This document shows, in pieces, positions 14,172-25,732 of a stretch of DNA of 64,000 nucleotides. Numbering within the stretch: position 1 is the first letter of the stretch; each line of letters starts with the position of its first letter. The notes under the pieces are model-generated. The model was not told the DNA's origin and ran no database searches. It saw only the letters and a program-made list of their open reading frames with translations. This DNA is from Octopus sinensis (taxonomy: Eukaryota). The translations under genes were made by a program, and so were the position numbers. The stretch is taken from the NCBI RefSeq assembly GCF_006345805.1, contig NC_043000.1:125736001-125800000 (forward strand). The letters run 5' to 3'.

Positions 14172-14524
14172 TAGAACTCAGAGAGTGCAAACCTCCACCA
14201 AGGCAATGTCCTCTCAATGATTAGCCAGAGATGATTTTTAAAATGAGAATAACTGAAATAAACTCGACTGCTCTCACAAATGAGAATACTAAAAATGAAC
14301 TCAGCCTCTCTCAAAAATTAAGTAAAAAAGATAGGAAAAATAATCCAGAATCCTTGTCCAGTACTGGATCAATCCCAAAATCTAATCAGTTCGTGCCAGT
14401 CACGAGGCCAAACATCCCTGAAAGTTTCATCTGAATCCATCCAGCAGTTCTTGAGATATCTTGTCCATGGACAAACAAACAAACACGACGAAAACAATAC
14501 CTCACCTTCGCTAAGGCAGAGGCA
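14172..14524 (+). mobile_element. Helentron/HINE-like non-autonomous element
   Basis: 5' ACCTCCACCAAGG matches, as an inverted repeat, the 3' hairpin ACCTCACCTT-CGCT-AAGGCAGAGG. (CAAA)n repeats lie just before the 3' end. It is inserted in an (AAT)n context. Confidence 0.5.
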
Positions 14525-14550
14525 ATAATAATAATGATGATGATGATAAT

Positions 14551-14770
14551 AATGGTTTCAAAGTTTAGTACATGGTCAGGAATTTGGGGGATAAAGGATG
14601 AGTTGATTTCATTAACTCCAGTACTTCATAGGTACTTTATTTTAACAATCCTGAAAAGATGAAAGGCCAAGTTGACCTCGGCAGGATTTGAAATCAGAAT
14701 GTAAAGAGCTGGAGGAAATACCGCCAAGCACTTTATCCAATGCTCCAACAATTCCGCCAGTTCACCACCT
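14551..14770 (-). mobile_element. SINE S1 with alternative tail
   Basis: S1 head and body; tail reads tggtttcaaagtttag on the plus strand. Confidence 0.75.
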
Positions 14771-15364
14771 TAAGAATAATAATGATAAAATGATTAAGAA
14801 GACGAGAAATTTGTTGTAGGTTGTATGTATCCTTCTCTATACACGAAGTAAAATTAACTTAGTATAATAACAGAAGAATGATGCAAATTAACATTTTGCA
14901 TTTTAGCTGGGCTGTTTCTGCTCTACAGTTTTATTCCTCGTTTGCGTGTTAGAAAAAACAAATGTAATTTTATAATTGGTAAATGAAATCATTAAAATCA
15001 ATAAAACTGATAGAACTTTCAATCTCTTTTGAACTGTTTTCCGATATAATTAGTTAAAGCCTTCCTTTGACACGTCTTCTTAAAGAGGAATATTTTAAAA
15101 ATTTTATAGTGTTACAATAATGTCTCAAAATCCTTGAGTTTGTTCGTTTATTTGTTTTACTGTTGTTGCAGTAATTAAATGCTGTTCTCTCAGTTTGTTC
15201 TTTTCTTTTCTGCCGATTCTATAAATTCTGGATTTTGTCTTGGGAACGAAATTTTTATGCTCAATTTGTTATTGTATTGCTGTGAACAATCTGTGCATGT
15301 AGGCGGGTAGGTGTGTGTGCATTGTGCATGCGTGGGTAGGTGGGTGTAAGTTGCATGCATGCGC

Positions 15365-15600
15365 GTGTATGCATGTGTTTGTATATATATGTATATGTAT
15401 ATATATATATATGTGTGTTTGTGTGTATGTGTATATATGTGTGTATGTGTATATGTGTGTGTATGTCTGTTTGTATATATATGTGTGTGTGTGTGTTCGT
15501 GTGTATATATGTGTATATATGTGTGTGTGTGTGTCTGTGTTAATATATATATATATATACACACACACATATATACACACACACACATATATATATATAT
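15365..15600. repeat. Compound (TG)n/(TA)n/(CA)n microsatellite
   Basis: Direct reading. Confidence 0.95.
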
Positions 15601-16412
15601 ATTTGTATTTTCTCACCATATTTAAATTAGTTACGATGTAAAAACAAGAGCATTGTCCTAGCATTTACTGTTGATTGAGAATCAGTTGTTAAAAATATTT
15701 CAAGTGTGATTTTTAGTTAAAAATAACTGGAATGTTACTGCAACAGTCTTATCTTGTGAGCAAGGTTTTTACTAAATTAATGAAGAATGTGAAGCATTTC
15801 TTAATTCAACCAGAGTTAATTGAATATGGTTCATTACTAATCATTTTCCTTTGCTTTAATGAGAAATTACGATAACTTTCGGTTATTTGAACATATTTGT
15901 AATGTTTGTTTATCAATGTTATGTTTGAATAGTTAATTAATCTGTTTAAATTAGGATGTTGTAGAAGCAAGAAATAACTAGAATGTTACTAACATTTAAC
16001 TAAATATAGAAAGTGCTATATAAAAATAATACAAAGTCACAGTTTTAATTAACAGATAAACAGAAATAAGTTGACCTCAAATGAACTTTATTTATTTATT
16101 TTTAGAGGGTGGGGTTAAAGCTTGTTATGTCCCTAGTTTAACATCACCATATTACGATTGCGTTCATAAGTACCTACTCAGTTGCAAGCAGGGATCAAGC
16201 TTGTTTGTTGGGAGTTTTCATGATCTTGCAGCACTCTATGAACTTTCACATTTCACTAGATGTCTAAAACTAACCTCATTAGACAATTCACTCTTCACTT
16301 TCTTTACTAGCATTTGTGGACTCCGAGCCAACCTTGATACCACACATCACCTTTTATTAACATGCAAACCCCACATCCTATTTATAACTGAAACACAAAT
16401 CTCTGAGATCTA

Positions 16413-16648
16413 GGTGATGAGCTGGCTGAAGCGTCAGCGCACCAGACGAAATGCTAAGCGGTATTTCGTCTGCCATTACGATCTGAGTTCAAATTCCACC
16501 AAGGACGACTTTGCCTTTCATCCTTTTGGGGTCGATTATATAAGTACCAGTTACACACTGGGGTCGATATAATCAACTTAATCCGTTTGTCTGTCCTTGT
16601 TTGTACTCTCTGTGTTTAGCCCCTTGTGGGTAGTAAAGAAATAAAAAG
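16413..16648 (+). mobile_element. SINE S1 (tail variant b) with 16-bp target-site duplication
   Basis: TSD aaatctctgagatcta at 16397-16412 and 16649-16664. It interrupts the LINE endonuclease frame. Confidence 0.9.
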
Positions 16649-16671
16649 AAATCTCTGAGATCTATCCTTCA

Positions 16672-16864
16672 CTCAGTTCTATCCATCACTCACCGCTGTC
16701 CATCGCTCAGCTTTATCTGTCACTCAGTTCTCGCCATCACTCAGTTCTACCTGTCACTCAGCTCTATCCATCGCCCAGTACTATCTGTCACGTGTATTTT
16801 TTGCTCAGCTCTATCCATCACTCAGTTCTATCCATTGCTCAGTTTTATCCATCACTCAGCTCTA
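16672..16864 (+). repeat. 17-bp minisatellite, about 10-11 degenerate units (CTCAGTTCTATCCATCA)
   Basis: Units read directly, e.g. ctcagttctatccatca|ctcaccgctgtccatcg|ctcagctttatctgtca|ctcagttctcgccatca. One short interruption. Confidence 0.9.
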
Positions 16865-17165
16865 CTGTCCAGGCCACATTCTGAAAGATAGTACATGGTT
16901 TCATTCTCCCTGCGAATCATCTCTTTCTCCTGGATATCAGCAGCAAAGACTTGCAATTACTCAGCTTCAAAGTCTTCCCATAATACATCTGCTTCCTCTA
17001 CCATTCTCCAAACTCCTCCAAATCATCGACACCTCTTCCACCATATCTTATTTTACATTTAGAACAGCAATCTCTCTTCGTCCCTCTCCGAAACCATTGT
17101 CATCAGTGATTGCACTGCTCACAATTCTTCTTGGCTCTCACTCATGCATTATCTTTAAACTTTAG

Positions 17166-17640
17166 TCTGCTTCAGTCTTTAACCTTCGGCCATGCTGGAG
17201 CACTGCCTTGAAGAATTCTAGTTGAATAAATCAACTCAAGTACTTATGTCTTTTTTGAGCCTGGTACTTATTCTGTCGATCTCTCTTGCTGAACTGCTCC
17301 CTTACATGGATGTAAACACACCACCACTGGTTATCAAGCTGTGGTGGGAGACAGACACAGACGCAAAGACTTACACACATAGATATATATATATGTGGGT
17401 GTATGTGTGTGTGTGTGTGTGTATATATATGTATATATATATATTTATGTATGTATATATATATGTATTTATGTATGTATATATATATATATATGTATGG
17501 ATGGATGTATATGTATGTATATATGTATATATATGTTTGTGTATATGTATGTATGTGTATATGTATGTATATATATATATATATATATGTATACATGTCT
17601 GTGTGTGTGTGTATATATATATGATGTATGTATTCATATG

Positions 17641-17673
<33 letters not shown>

Positions 17674-17680
17674 ATGTATA

Positions 17681-17711
<31 letters not shown>

Positions 17712-17854
17712 GATGGGCTTCTTTCAGTTTCCGTCTGCCAAATCCACTCAAGGCTTTGGTCAGCCCAAGGCTATAGTAGAAGATACTTGCACTAAGTATC
17801 ACTCAGTGGAGCCAGAACCAAGTGGTTAGGAACCAAACTTCTTACCCTACAGCC
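17166..17854 (-). mobile_element. Composite SINE S3 with an expanded internal (TA/TG)n tract of about 340 bp
   Basis: Both SINE halves flank the microsatellite at 17372-17710. It is inserted into the CR1 fragment. Confidence 0.75.
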
Positions 17855-18033
17855 CCACCCTCACCTGCTGACTTTTTACCAAAAGGATTCTCACTTTATT
17901 CCTCAGATCCTTATTTCATTTGATTTCTTCTAAATGTGTTGGTTCTAGGAACAATATTCTTGCAGATACAGTCTGCTCATTTGCTGCCCATTTGGTAGTC
18001 AGCTCCAACACATTCAGTAATAAACGTTCATAT

Positions 18034-18263
18034 TATTTCTTTATTGCCCACTAGGGGCTAAACATAGAAGGGACAAACAAGGACAGACAAAGGGATTAAG
18101 TCGATTACATCGACCTCATTGCGTAACTGGTACTTAATTTATCGACCCTGAAAGAATGAAAGGCAAAGTCGACCTCAGCGGAATTTGAACTCAGAACGTA
18201 ATGGCAGACGAAATACCACTAAGCATTTCGCTGGCGTACTAATATTTCTGCCAGCTTGCCGCC
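18034..18263 (-). mobile_element. SINE S1 (tail variant b)
   Basis: Reverse-complement homolog of 16413-16648. Confidence 0.85.
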
Positions 18264-18403
18264 CACACCAAGTATAGAAGCACTTCCATTCACTTCAAAC
18301 TAAAAAGGCTACCATACCTGACAATGTCCTTTCTATTAGCCTCAAATAATGCAACCCAGAAATCACCCTTAAACACACAAAAGTCTTAAACTCCCCACTC
18401 TAA

Positions 18404-18481
<78 letters not shown>

Positions 18482-18795
18482 CACACACATACATGTGTAT
18501 TCCTAGGAAAATCTCTGTATTCCAATAAACCAAAGTTATTGGAGTTGGCCATCAAGACCCTAGTACAGCTTCTGTATACCAAGGTTTGCTGAGGACCTAC
18601 TCCCCTGCACCATTACCCTGTGGTCCCTTGCCTTCAAGTTTAGTGTAACAGTGTTGTTGCTCTCAATGTCACCTGTGCTTTCAGCTTTGTCAGGTGTAAA
18701 TCCACTGTGGAACCCACCCACCTGTTGACTCTATCCTCCAATCATCTCTTAGATCATCAGTGTTTTTCTGTCGGCTTGCCACTATTGTAGCATGT

Positions 18796-19120
18796 TGTGA
18801 AGGTGCACGGATTAATGGTTACGGTATTTGGCTCATGATTGTAAGGTCGTGGGTTCAATACCCAGCAGAATATTGTATCCTTGAGCAAGACTCTTAGTTT
18901 CACATTGGTCCAGTCCACTCAGCTGAAAAAAATGATTAGTACCTATATTTTTCGAAGGGCTGGCATTGTTGCACTCTGTGCCATACTGAGTCTCCCTGAG
19001 AACTACATTAAGGGTACATGTGTCTGTAGAGTGCAGCTACCTGCATGTTAATTTCTTGAGTTGGTTGTTCCGTTGATCAGATCAACTGGAACTCTTGTCT
19101 TCATAACAGACAGAGAGCCA
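18796..19120 (+). mobile_element. SINE S2 head with a different 3' body
   Basis: Same head and cttgagcaagac core as 13811-14152; unrelated tail. Confidence 0.7.
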
Positions 19121-21876
19121 TTTTAAGACTCCCATCCAGAGAAAGGCTACTCAGCCGATTAGCTCAAAGTCTCCCACAGACATGTTGCCTCCCATCTCTG
19201 CTGTTTTTTCTAGCACTATTACAATGCCCTCTCTTACTCTGGGTTGTTAGCCTCATGCCACCTCTGCTCAAGAACTCTCAACGCACCTATTACTTTTAAT
19301 CTCATTACCCATATTGGGTGGAATTTCACAGATCCCACTAACCACTTCAGTTAGGGTTAGCCCTTTTCATTCCCCCCACTTCTCTGTCTTGTCTTCAGTT
19401 ATCAACCAGCAAAAATTGAAACAGAACATCAACAGTATCTATTTTAGTCGTTTCACCATGTGTAGGGCCCCTTGTTCCAAATCAAATCAAACTGATAAAT
19501 TAAAAACAAAAGCAACTCATCTTACTAACTTTCTTGTGGGCATTTTTTCAGTAATATAGCAAGTGAAGAAAGAGAGGCACTTTGAAGTCTGCAGTACAGG
19601 CTTGGGGTTAGGGGGTGGGCAGAGATGTAGGGGTAAACCCAGAGACTACCTTGGGCAATACACACTCTTGCTATGCCAATGCATTTTTCTGTTCTAATAC
19701 ACCTGGTATTTTAATACAATATTCAGTTATTTTATTTATCTCTTTCAATAAGATTGCTATAAATCGTGACTGAAATATTTATTAGATTATTGCATATACA
19801 TATGTATATACACATATGTGTGTGTGTGCGTATATATATGTGTGTGTGTTTATATATATATATATATATATAGCTTTTGAAAAGCCTGATGTGTGAAACA
19901 AATGAAAGACCCGTAACATAAAGGAAATCTTTTAACAATAAAATGTTTATTATTAAATATTACAAAAGAAAATAAATTATGAAAGTTTTAAACCTTGTTC
20001 TAATATTTGTCAGAGAATCTGCCATTCTGTTTCACTCTTTACACCTCTCTCATCATTCACTCTAAACTTCTCTTCCATTTTCTCAACCGGAAAAATTCCC
20101 CTTTCAAAAAAAAAAAAAAAAATCAAAAAAGTTCATAACACTTAAATAATCCTCTTCTACTCGATGACTGAATTAACGTCTAGTGTAACAATAATAATTT
20201 GTGCTTTCATGTATGCTTGTGTACACATGTGTCTGTCTATGTACGTATGTGCAAATAGAACTTTTTCTTTTTTCTTTTTTTGGCTGATTTTTTTTGTTTT
20301 CATTAACGTTATTATTAATTCACATAATACTTAATTTTTTTTCCTCTGTAAGTACTTTAAGTGTACAACACTTGTAAAGCCAGTTCATAATTACTTGCTA
20401 ACATCGTTGTGGTTTTTTTTTTTTTTTGTTACTGTTGTTGGGTTTTTTTTGTTTTGGTTTGGTTTTTTTGTATTTTTTTTTGAAAGATCAGTATGAGTAT
20501 GGTATAAATATATGCAGGATCACATCCTGAATTTTGTGGTCTTCCGGAAAAAAATAAAATAATAATCAATACGCTTTGTGACATATTGAATTGCATGTAT
20601 ATTCAAATTTCTTTGTTGATTAGATATTCGTAGTAGTTAGAGTTGGTAGGTGTCTGTTACCAACTCTGCTAGAATTCTTGATTTCACACTGCTCATCACC
20701 TTCAGTCTCTCACTACTGCTACTATGTCTCTGCGATTAGCAACAATTTCATGTGGGAACAGTTGTGCTATGGAAGTAATTTGAACCTCTGTCATACAAAT
20801 ATAATTGTATTTCTCTTTTGTATTGGCACAACACATTTTTGGCGGGGTTTTTGGAGGTTTTGATGATTTTGTTTTTTGCTTTTTAATTTCATTTTTTGAA
20901 CACAATTTCATAGAATTAAATGCCAGCATTGTGTGAGGTGTGTTGTATTGTTGTGTATGTGTGTGTGTGTGGATATAGAGGTGTGTGTGTGTGTGTGTCT
21001 GTGAATACACACATCAGGTAAAGCAGTGTGTAAATGTACATATGTATATTTGTACACATAAATGATATGTGTGTTAGCATATACTGTATTTTATACACAA
21101 TGCAGATAGCACTAGTGTGTGTAAATGATTTTATACACACACAGGTAGTACAGGAATGTGTATACACTTGGATTATTTTTTTGCTTGTTTTTTTTATATA
21201 GACACAGTAGGTGTGTGTGTGTGTGTTTGTAACAATATTTGAATATAACTCAGATGTAAGTATATGTATGTAGATAAAATAAATGTTTGAAATTAAAACA
21301 AACATTTTTTTTTTTTTTAACATACAGGCTAAACCTTACTGACTCTTTTATTTCTTTTGTTTTATTTATTTTTAACGTTACATAATTTTAACTGTCATTC
21401 TCAGAGAGAGTGAGTTCAAATGGAAGAACTTCCAAGTAATTCTCTTCTTCTCCAACAATTGCATACAGTCTCTTGATGTCTTTGTTCTCTTCCATTTAGA
21501 TTCATTCTCTGTGCTCTATAAGTGTTCTTTAGCAAAATTGATACCTGCTGCTTAGAATGATTAAAACTAAACCCATTTTTGCAACTGTTTTCAGATTTTC
21601 CCCGATTTTTGATGAAATTCTTAGTAATCTTAAAAATTCTTCTACTTGTTGTTTTCCTATCAGTTATTGGTTTCTTTGAAACGAAATTTATTCTTCATAT
21701 CAGTTGTTTGTCTCCTCCTGTGTATATTATTTTTGAATAATCATTTATTTGTCTGCAGTCTACAAACAACTATGATTGATTTTTCCCATGAAAAAAAAAA
21801 AGAAAGAAAATAAAGATTAGAGATGGGGGTGGGGGACATTTTCTTTGCTGGTAGATATTTTATTAATATTTTTTAT

Positions 21877-24054
21877 TCAGACACTAACTGTTGGTACATA
21901 TTTAAGCTTATCTTTCTTTTCATCTTCACTATCATCATCATCATCATCATAATCATCATCATCATCATCACTATCCAACCATTTCTTAGAATTATATGAC
22001 AAAGCAGATGTGTATGTGGGAGATGTTAAATATTGGTTTGTTGTTTGTGTTGAAGAATCTGCATTTGAAAGGCTAACTAACTCTAACTTGTCTCTGGCAA
22101 GCCACAAATATTCACTTTCCCTATTGGTTTTCATCTTTGAAAACTGTTTGTTCAGCTCATCCATGACAAGAGCTTCAGCAATACTGTTCTCTTGCATTGG
22201 TGAGACTGATTTATACTTGTTTTCAATCTGTTGTTCTTTCTTTGCTTTGTCTTTTATATGACAGATAAGACACACTACTGGGCCAACAATTAGCCAGATG
22301 GCAATTAAACAGCCCATTCCAATACCAAAACCAGCACTGAGTGTCAACGTTTTGGAAGGGTTTTTTTGGGTCGACACATCAGTTTGGGGTGTAACATTGT
22401 CTGTTGGTTCTTTAGGGATTACTTGCTCTGTTGATTCAACTGAAACCAACTCCTCATCTGAGCAACATTTGCAGTTGGCATCATCAGAACAAGGTTTTGT
22501 GCACAGATGTGTCATTTTAGAAGGGTCCAAAGTTGCAGTGGCACTTAGAATAAGATGCTTATTTTTTGTTTTTAAAGATAATGCTGCAGTTGCTGAAGTT
22601 GGAGTAGAAAGAACAGGTTTGAGAAATCCATGTTTAGTTGGTGTTGGGTGTGTGTGTTGGGAATTGGTTGGCACAATAAGTATATCTGGTATCATTTCTG
22701 AGGGTCTCAAAAATTCTGTTGTCACTGCAGCCAACATTTTCCCATTTAAACCCTTTTTAGTAAACTCTTTGATTTTGTTTGTAACTAAGGGTTTATGGCT
22801 TTTGGTGGTTTCTGAATCTTCTGTTAGATGAAGCAGACCACTTCTTGAAGGCATCAGAGTAGGTTTTATTCCCTTTTGATGATGATGGGAATGAACATCT
22901 AAGGATAATATATTCCTTGGTGGTCGTTGTGTACCATATTTAGGTGGGTTTGTATAGGGTAAGTTTTTACTATCATATTTTCTTCTCGATGACCCATACC
23001 GTATATGGGTGCTTGGTGCTGGTTGTGCAAGTGGGGGTAAGTTTGGATCAAAATCTTCACTTGTTGACAGGGATCTTTCTTTAGTTTGAGAACCTTTCAA
23101 ACTGCTTTTGTCATTTACATTTAAAAGGAACGGTGGCTGAGCTAAATATTCTGGGATATCACTGGAATTTGCCTCTTTGAGAGGCATCTCCTCAGTTGTT
23201 GAATAGTTTTCAAACTGAGTTTCATTAATAAGTGTTGTCAAGGTACTTAGTACAGGTGTAGGTGTTAACAGAAGTATTACTCTATCAGGTTTATGTTGTG
23301 GATCTGTTTTCAACATAGCATCTGAAACTGTCTGTTGCAATGTTGATGATTGTATCGTATTATCAGCTATAGACATTTTGTTTGTTGTCATAACTGAGTG
23401 CAAAGATGTTAGAACTGGATGCTTTCTTTTTTCATTGAAATTATCCTGACTAGTCACTGGATTCTGTTGATCAAAAGATGAGCTCTTAAGTGGCGGCTGG
23501 CCTGAAACCATAACATTTTCAGGTGAAACCTTACTCAACTCTGGAGTTTTTACAGAACTAGAATGTATTCCAAGAGCACTTATCTGGCGCCACTTGCTAG
23601 AAAATCTCGAATCTTGTTTAGTCTTCATGTCTCGAAGTGACAGATTTAAATGTGGACTATAATTCTTCCGTTCTTTATGTTTACTATAAGCCCACTGATA
23701 GTTGTTGTTGTTGTTGTTCTGCTGATGGTATTTTTTAGAATGTAAAGGTGTTTCTGTGCTTGCAGCTATCAAATTTGGGAGGTCATTAAGTGCCAGCTGT
23801 TTATCTTTAAGTGCTGGTAAATGATAACTTGCTGTTTCCATTACCCTGAAAAGTTGAACATTCTTGATTCTATTTGGAAAGCCTTCTGTCGTAATTGGAA
23901 TTTTGTTATATTGCACTGACAACGATTTGGAGTTCATTGCCGTTGTCGTTTCTTGATAATGTTCAGCTGAACATAGTGTATTATAACACAATAGTAAAAT
24001 ATTAATCCAGCATGGAAAGTGTTTGGAAAATACTTTGTAATCCATTCTTGACAT
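21877..24054 (-). CDS. 725-aa single-pass type I membrane protein with mucin-like S/T/P-rich ectodomain; no family recognised; whole CDS in one exon
   Basis: Seen: 2178-bp stop-free ORF in AT-rich DNA, with an in-frame TAA four codons upstream of the ATG. Hydrophobic N-terminus (WINILLLCYNTLCSA|EH) looks like a signal peptide. Sequons NLS, NET, NYS, NSS and NVT. Cys cluster CTKPCSDDANCKCC. Transmembrane segment LSAGFGIGMGCLIAIWLIVGPVVCLIC followed by basic KDKAKK. Acidic tail ends PTVSV. AATAAA overlaps the TGA stop and recurs at 21859-21864. Confidence 0.88.
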   Translation of the reverse strand: MSRMDYKVFSKHFPCWINILLLCYNTLCSAEHYQETTTAMNSKSLSVQYNKIPITTEGFPNRIKNVQLFRVMETASYHLPALKDKQLALNDLPNLIAASTETPLHSKKYHQQNNNNNNYQWAYSKHKERKNYSPHLNLSLRDMKTKQDSRFSSKWRQISALGIHSSSVKTPELSKVSPENVMVSGQPPLKSSSFDQQNPVTSQDNFNEKRKHPVLTSLHSVMTTNKMSIADNTIQSSTLQQTVSDAMLKTDPQHKPDRVILLLTPTPVLSTLTTLINETQFENYSTTEEMPLKEANSSDIPEYLAQPPFLLNVNDKSSLKGSQTKERSLSTSEDFDPNLPPLAQPAPSTHIRYGSSRRKYDSKNLPYTNPPKYGTQRPPRNILSLDVHSHHHQKGIKPTLMPSRSGLLHLTEDSETTKSHKPLVTNKIKEFTKKGLNGKMLAAVTTEFLRPSEMIPDILIVPTNSQHTHPTPTKHGFLKPVLSTPTSATAALSLKTKNKHLILSATATLDPSKMTHLCTKPCSDDANCKCCSDEELVSVESTEQVIPKEPTDNVTPQTDVSTQKNPSKTLTLSAGFGIGMGCLIAIWLIVGPVVCLICHIKDKAKKEQQIENKYKSVSPMQENSIAEALVMDELNKQFSKMKTNRESEYLWLARDKLELVSLSNADSSTQTTNQYLTSPTYTSALSYNSKKWLDSDDDDDDYDDDDDDSEDEKKDKLKYVPTVSV

Positions 24055-24208
24055 TCTTTCGTTTTATTTGTCAATTTTTTCAAATTAATTTCTTCCTTTT
24101 ATTTATTGAAGCACATTTTTTCTGAGGCACTATTATATCGTTTTTGTTTTCTTGGTCTTGTTTTTTCTTTTTCTTCATCTGTGCTTCCTCTATCGTTAAA
24201 TGTCGATT
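24055..24208 (-). other. 5' UTR portion of the nested gene's coding exon, starting at a strong splice acceptor
   Basis: The minus strand reads ctttttctctttcag|aatcgac at 24209/24208, 154 nt upstream of the ATG. It contains upstream ATGs. Confidence 0.7.
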
Positions 24209-25683
24209 CTGAAAGAGAAAAAGTAGAAGTTAGTGACTAGGGCTCAGAGTTATGTTCGAGTTAATGTTTTTTTAAAAAAAAAAACAGTTTGTAGATAAAG
24301 TACAGGTTTTGTTGTGTGATTTTGCTAACACTTTTTTTTAATTTTGATAGTAGCCTTTCTTCTTTAGAAGCTAAATATCTACTAGCTTTTTCTAATCTCT
24401 GCCTTTCTCTCTCTCATTCACACACGCACAGTGAGTGATAGATAGATAAGGTAACAGTCATGAAATATATGTTAATTATTTTGACTTAATTAGAAATATA
24501 TCTAGGGGGAACACCAACTTAAAACTTTGAAAGAGAGATGGAGAGATTATCTTTAATATGTCATTGATTTATCAATTTTAATTAATTGCACATCCTAATC
24601 ATTGAGAATTTATCACTCATTAAAATCATTAGATCCTTGAGTACCATACTTTTGCTATTAAAGAGAAATGTATGTTCTTTCTGAGAGAAGCCTGATTTAC
24701 ATAGCTATATTTTAGCAGGAAGAAAAGGAAGAAATTGTATTTGCATATTCTTGGTAATGTAAGTGAAGGCAGCAGTGCTAGTGGTTTTCATTACCATCAC
24801 CCCTCACCAACACTGACTTTAAAATTTCAACTACTTCGTCTAAATTGAATAAGTTAAACAGTTTTAAAAAGTCTAGATATGATATATAATATTTTATATG
24901 GGAGAAATAAGCTAGAATACTTAAAGTATCTCTTCATCTCTGTTGTTCCTTACTGGGAAGAGGTACACAAAAGATAGTGAACAGTACTAGTCAGGCTTTT
25001 AACAATTGAATATAAAAATTGTTTTGTTTCTTTCTTGTGTTTATTATAATTTCTTTTATCATTTCTTTTCTAGATAAGACAATATTGAATTAAACTTCAA
25101 ATAGAATATATGGCTTCCATTTGTGAAACGCATTTATTTTAATGTTGACCTGAAATTTCTTCTGTCTATATTAGCATATTTACTGAATTCCATGGAGATT
25201 TCTATTGTTGAGGAAAATGAAAACTGGAAAAAAAAAAATAATAATAATGAAGAATAATAAAAATATTCGCAATGCTAAAACCAAATTTCATATTTTCTTT
25301 ATTCTCATGTTCTGCTTTACCAACTAAATATCAGATAAGTCAAGTCTATCTTTGGTAGCTTTACTATTTTAACTATTAAATGGAAATCTACAGCAAATAT
25401 ACTTTCTAGCAGATGTGTAGTAATATCTAAATAAATAATGATTTTTCACATCAACAGTAACAAACCTAAGGAAAATGTTTTTAAAAAATAGCTTATGCTC
25501 TTTTATTCTCAGTGGAGAAAGGTATTTGTTAAGCTTTGAAATAGAATTCCCTTTGATAAAACCCTGCTTTTTATCTTGTACTTCATATAAGTAACCCGAT
25601 AAACATTGAACTCTATTGAACGACATTTCTTTCTTTTTTTCCTTTTATTCTTTATTTTTACATACATACATACATACATACAT

Positions 25684-25732
<49 letters not shown>

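Larger units (their letters stand above)
16265..19455 (+). mobile_element. Degraded CR1/Jockey-group LINE (endonuclease start to RT C-terminus), interrupted by four SINEs and satellites
   Basis: APE endonuclease-like FFTSICGLRANLDTTHHLLLTCKPHILFITETQIS (about 16300-16410), YICFLYHSPNS, IVISDCTAHNSSWL (GDFNAHN-like), and C-terminal HRHVASHLCCFF*HYYN...SLMPPLLK...QKLKQNINSI. Many stops and frameshifts. Confidence 0.75.

Noticed and set aside
16672-16864. Regularly spaced repeats resembling a CRISPR array
   Set aside because: Contiguous degenerate 17-bp units with no unique spacers, in eukaryotic DNA with no cas genes.
22010-22831. Plus-strand ORFs of 83 and 177 aa
   Set aside because: Antisense shadows of the 725-aa minus-strand CDS.
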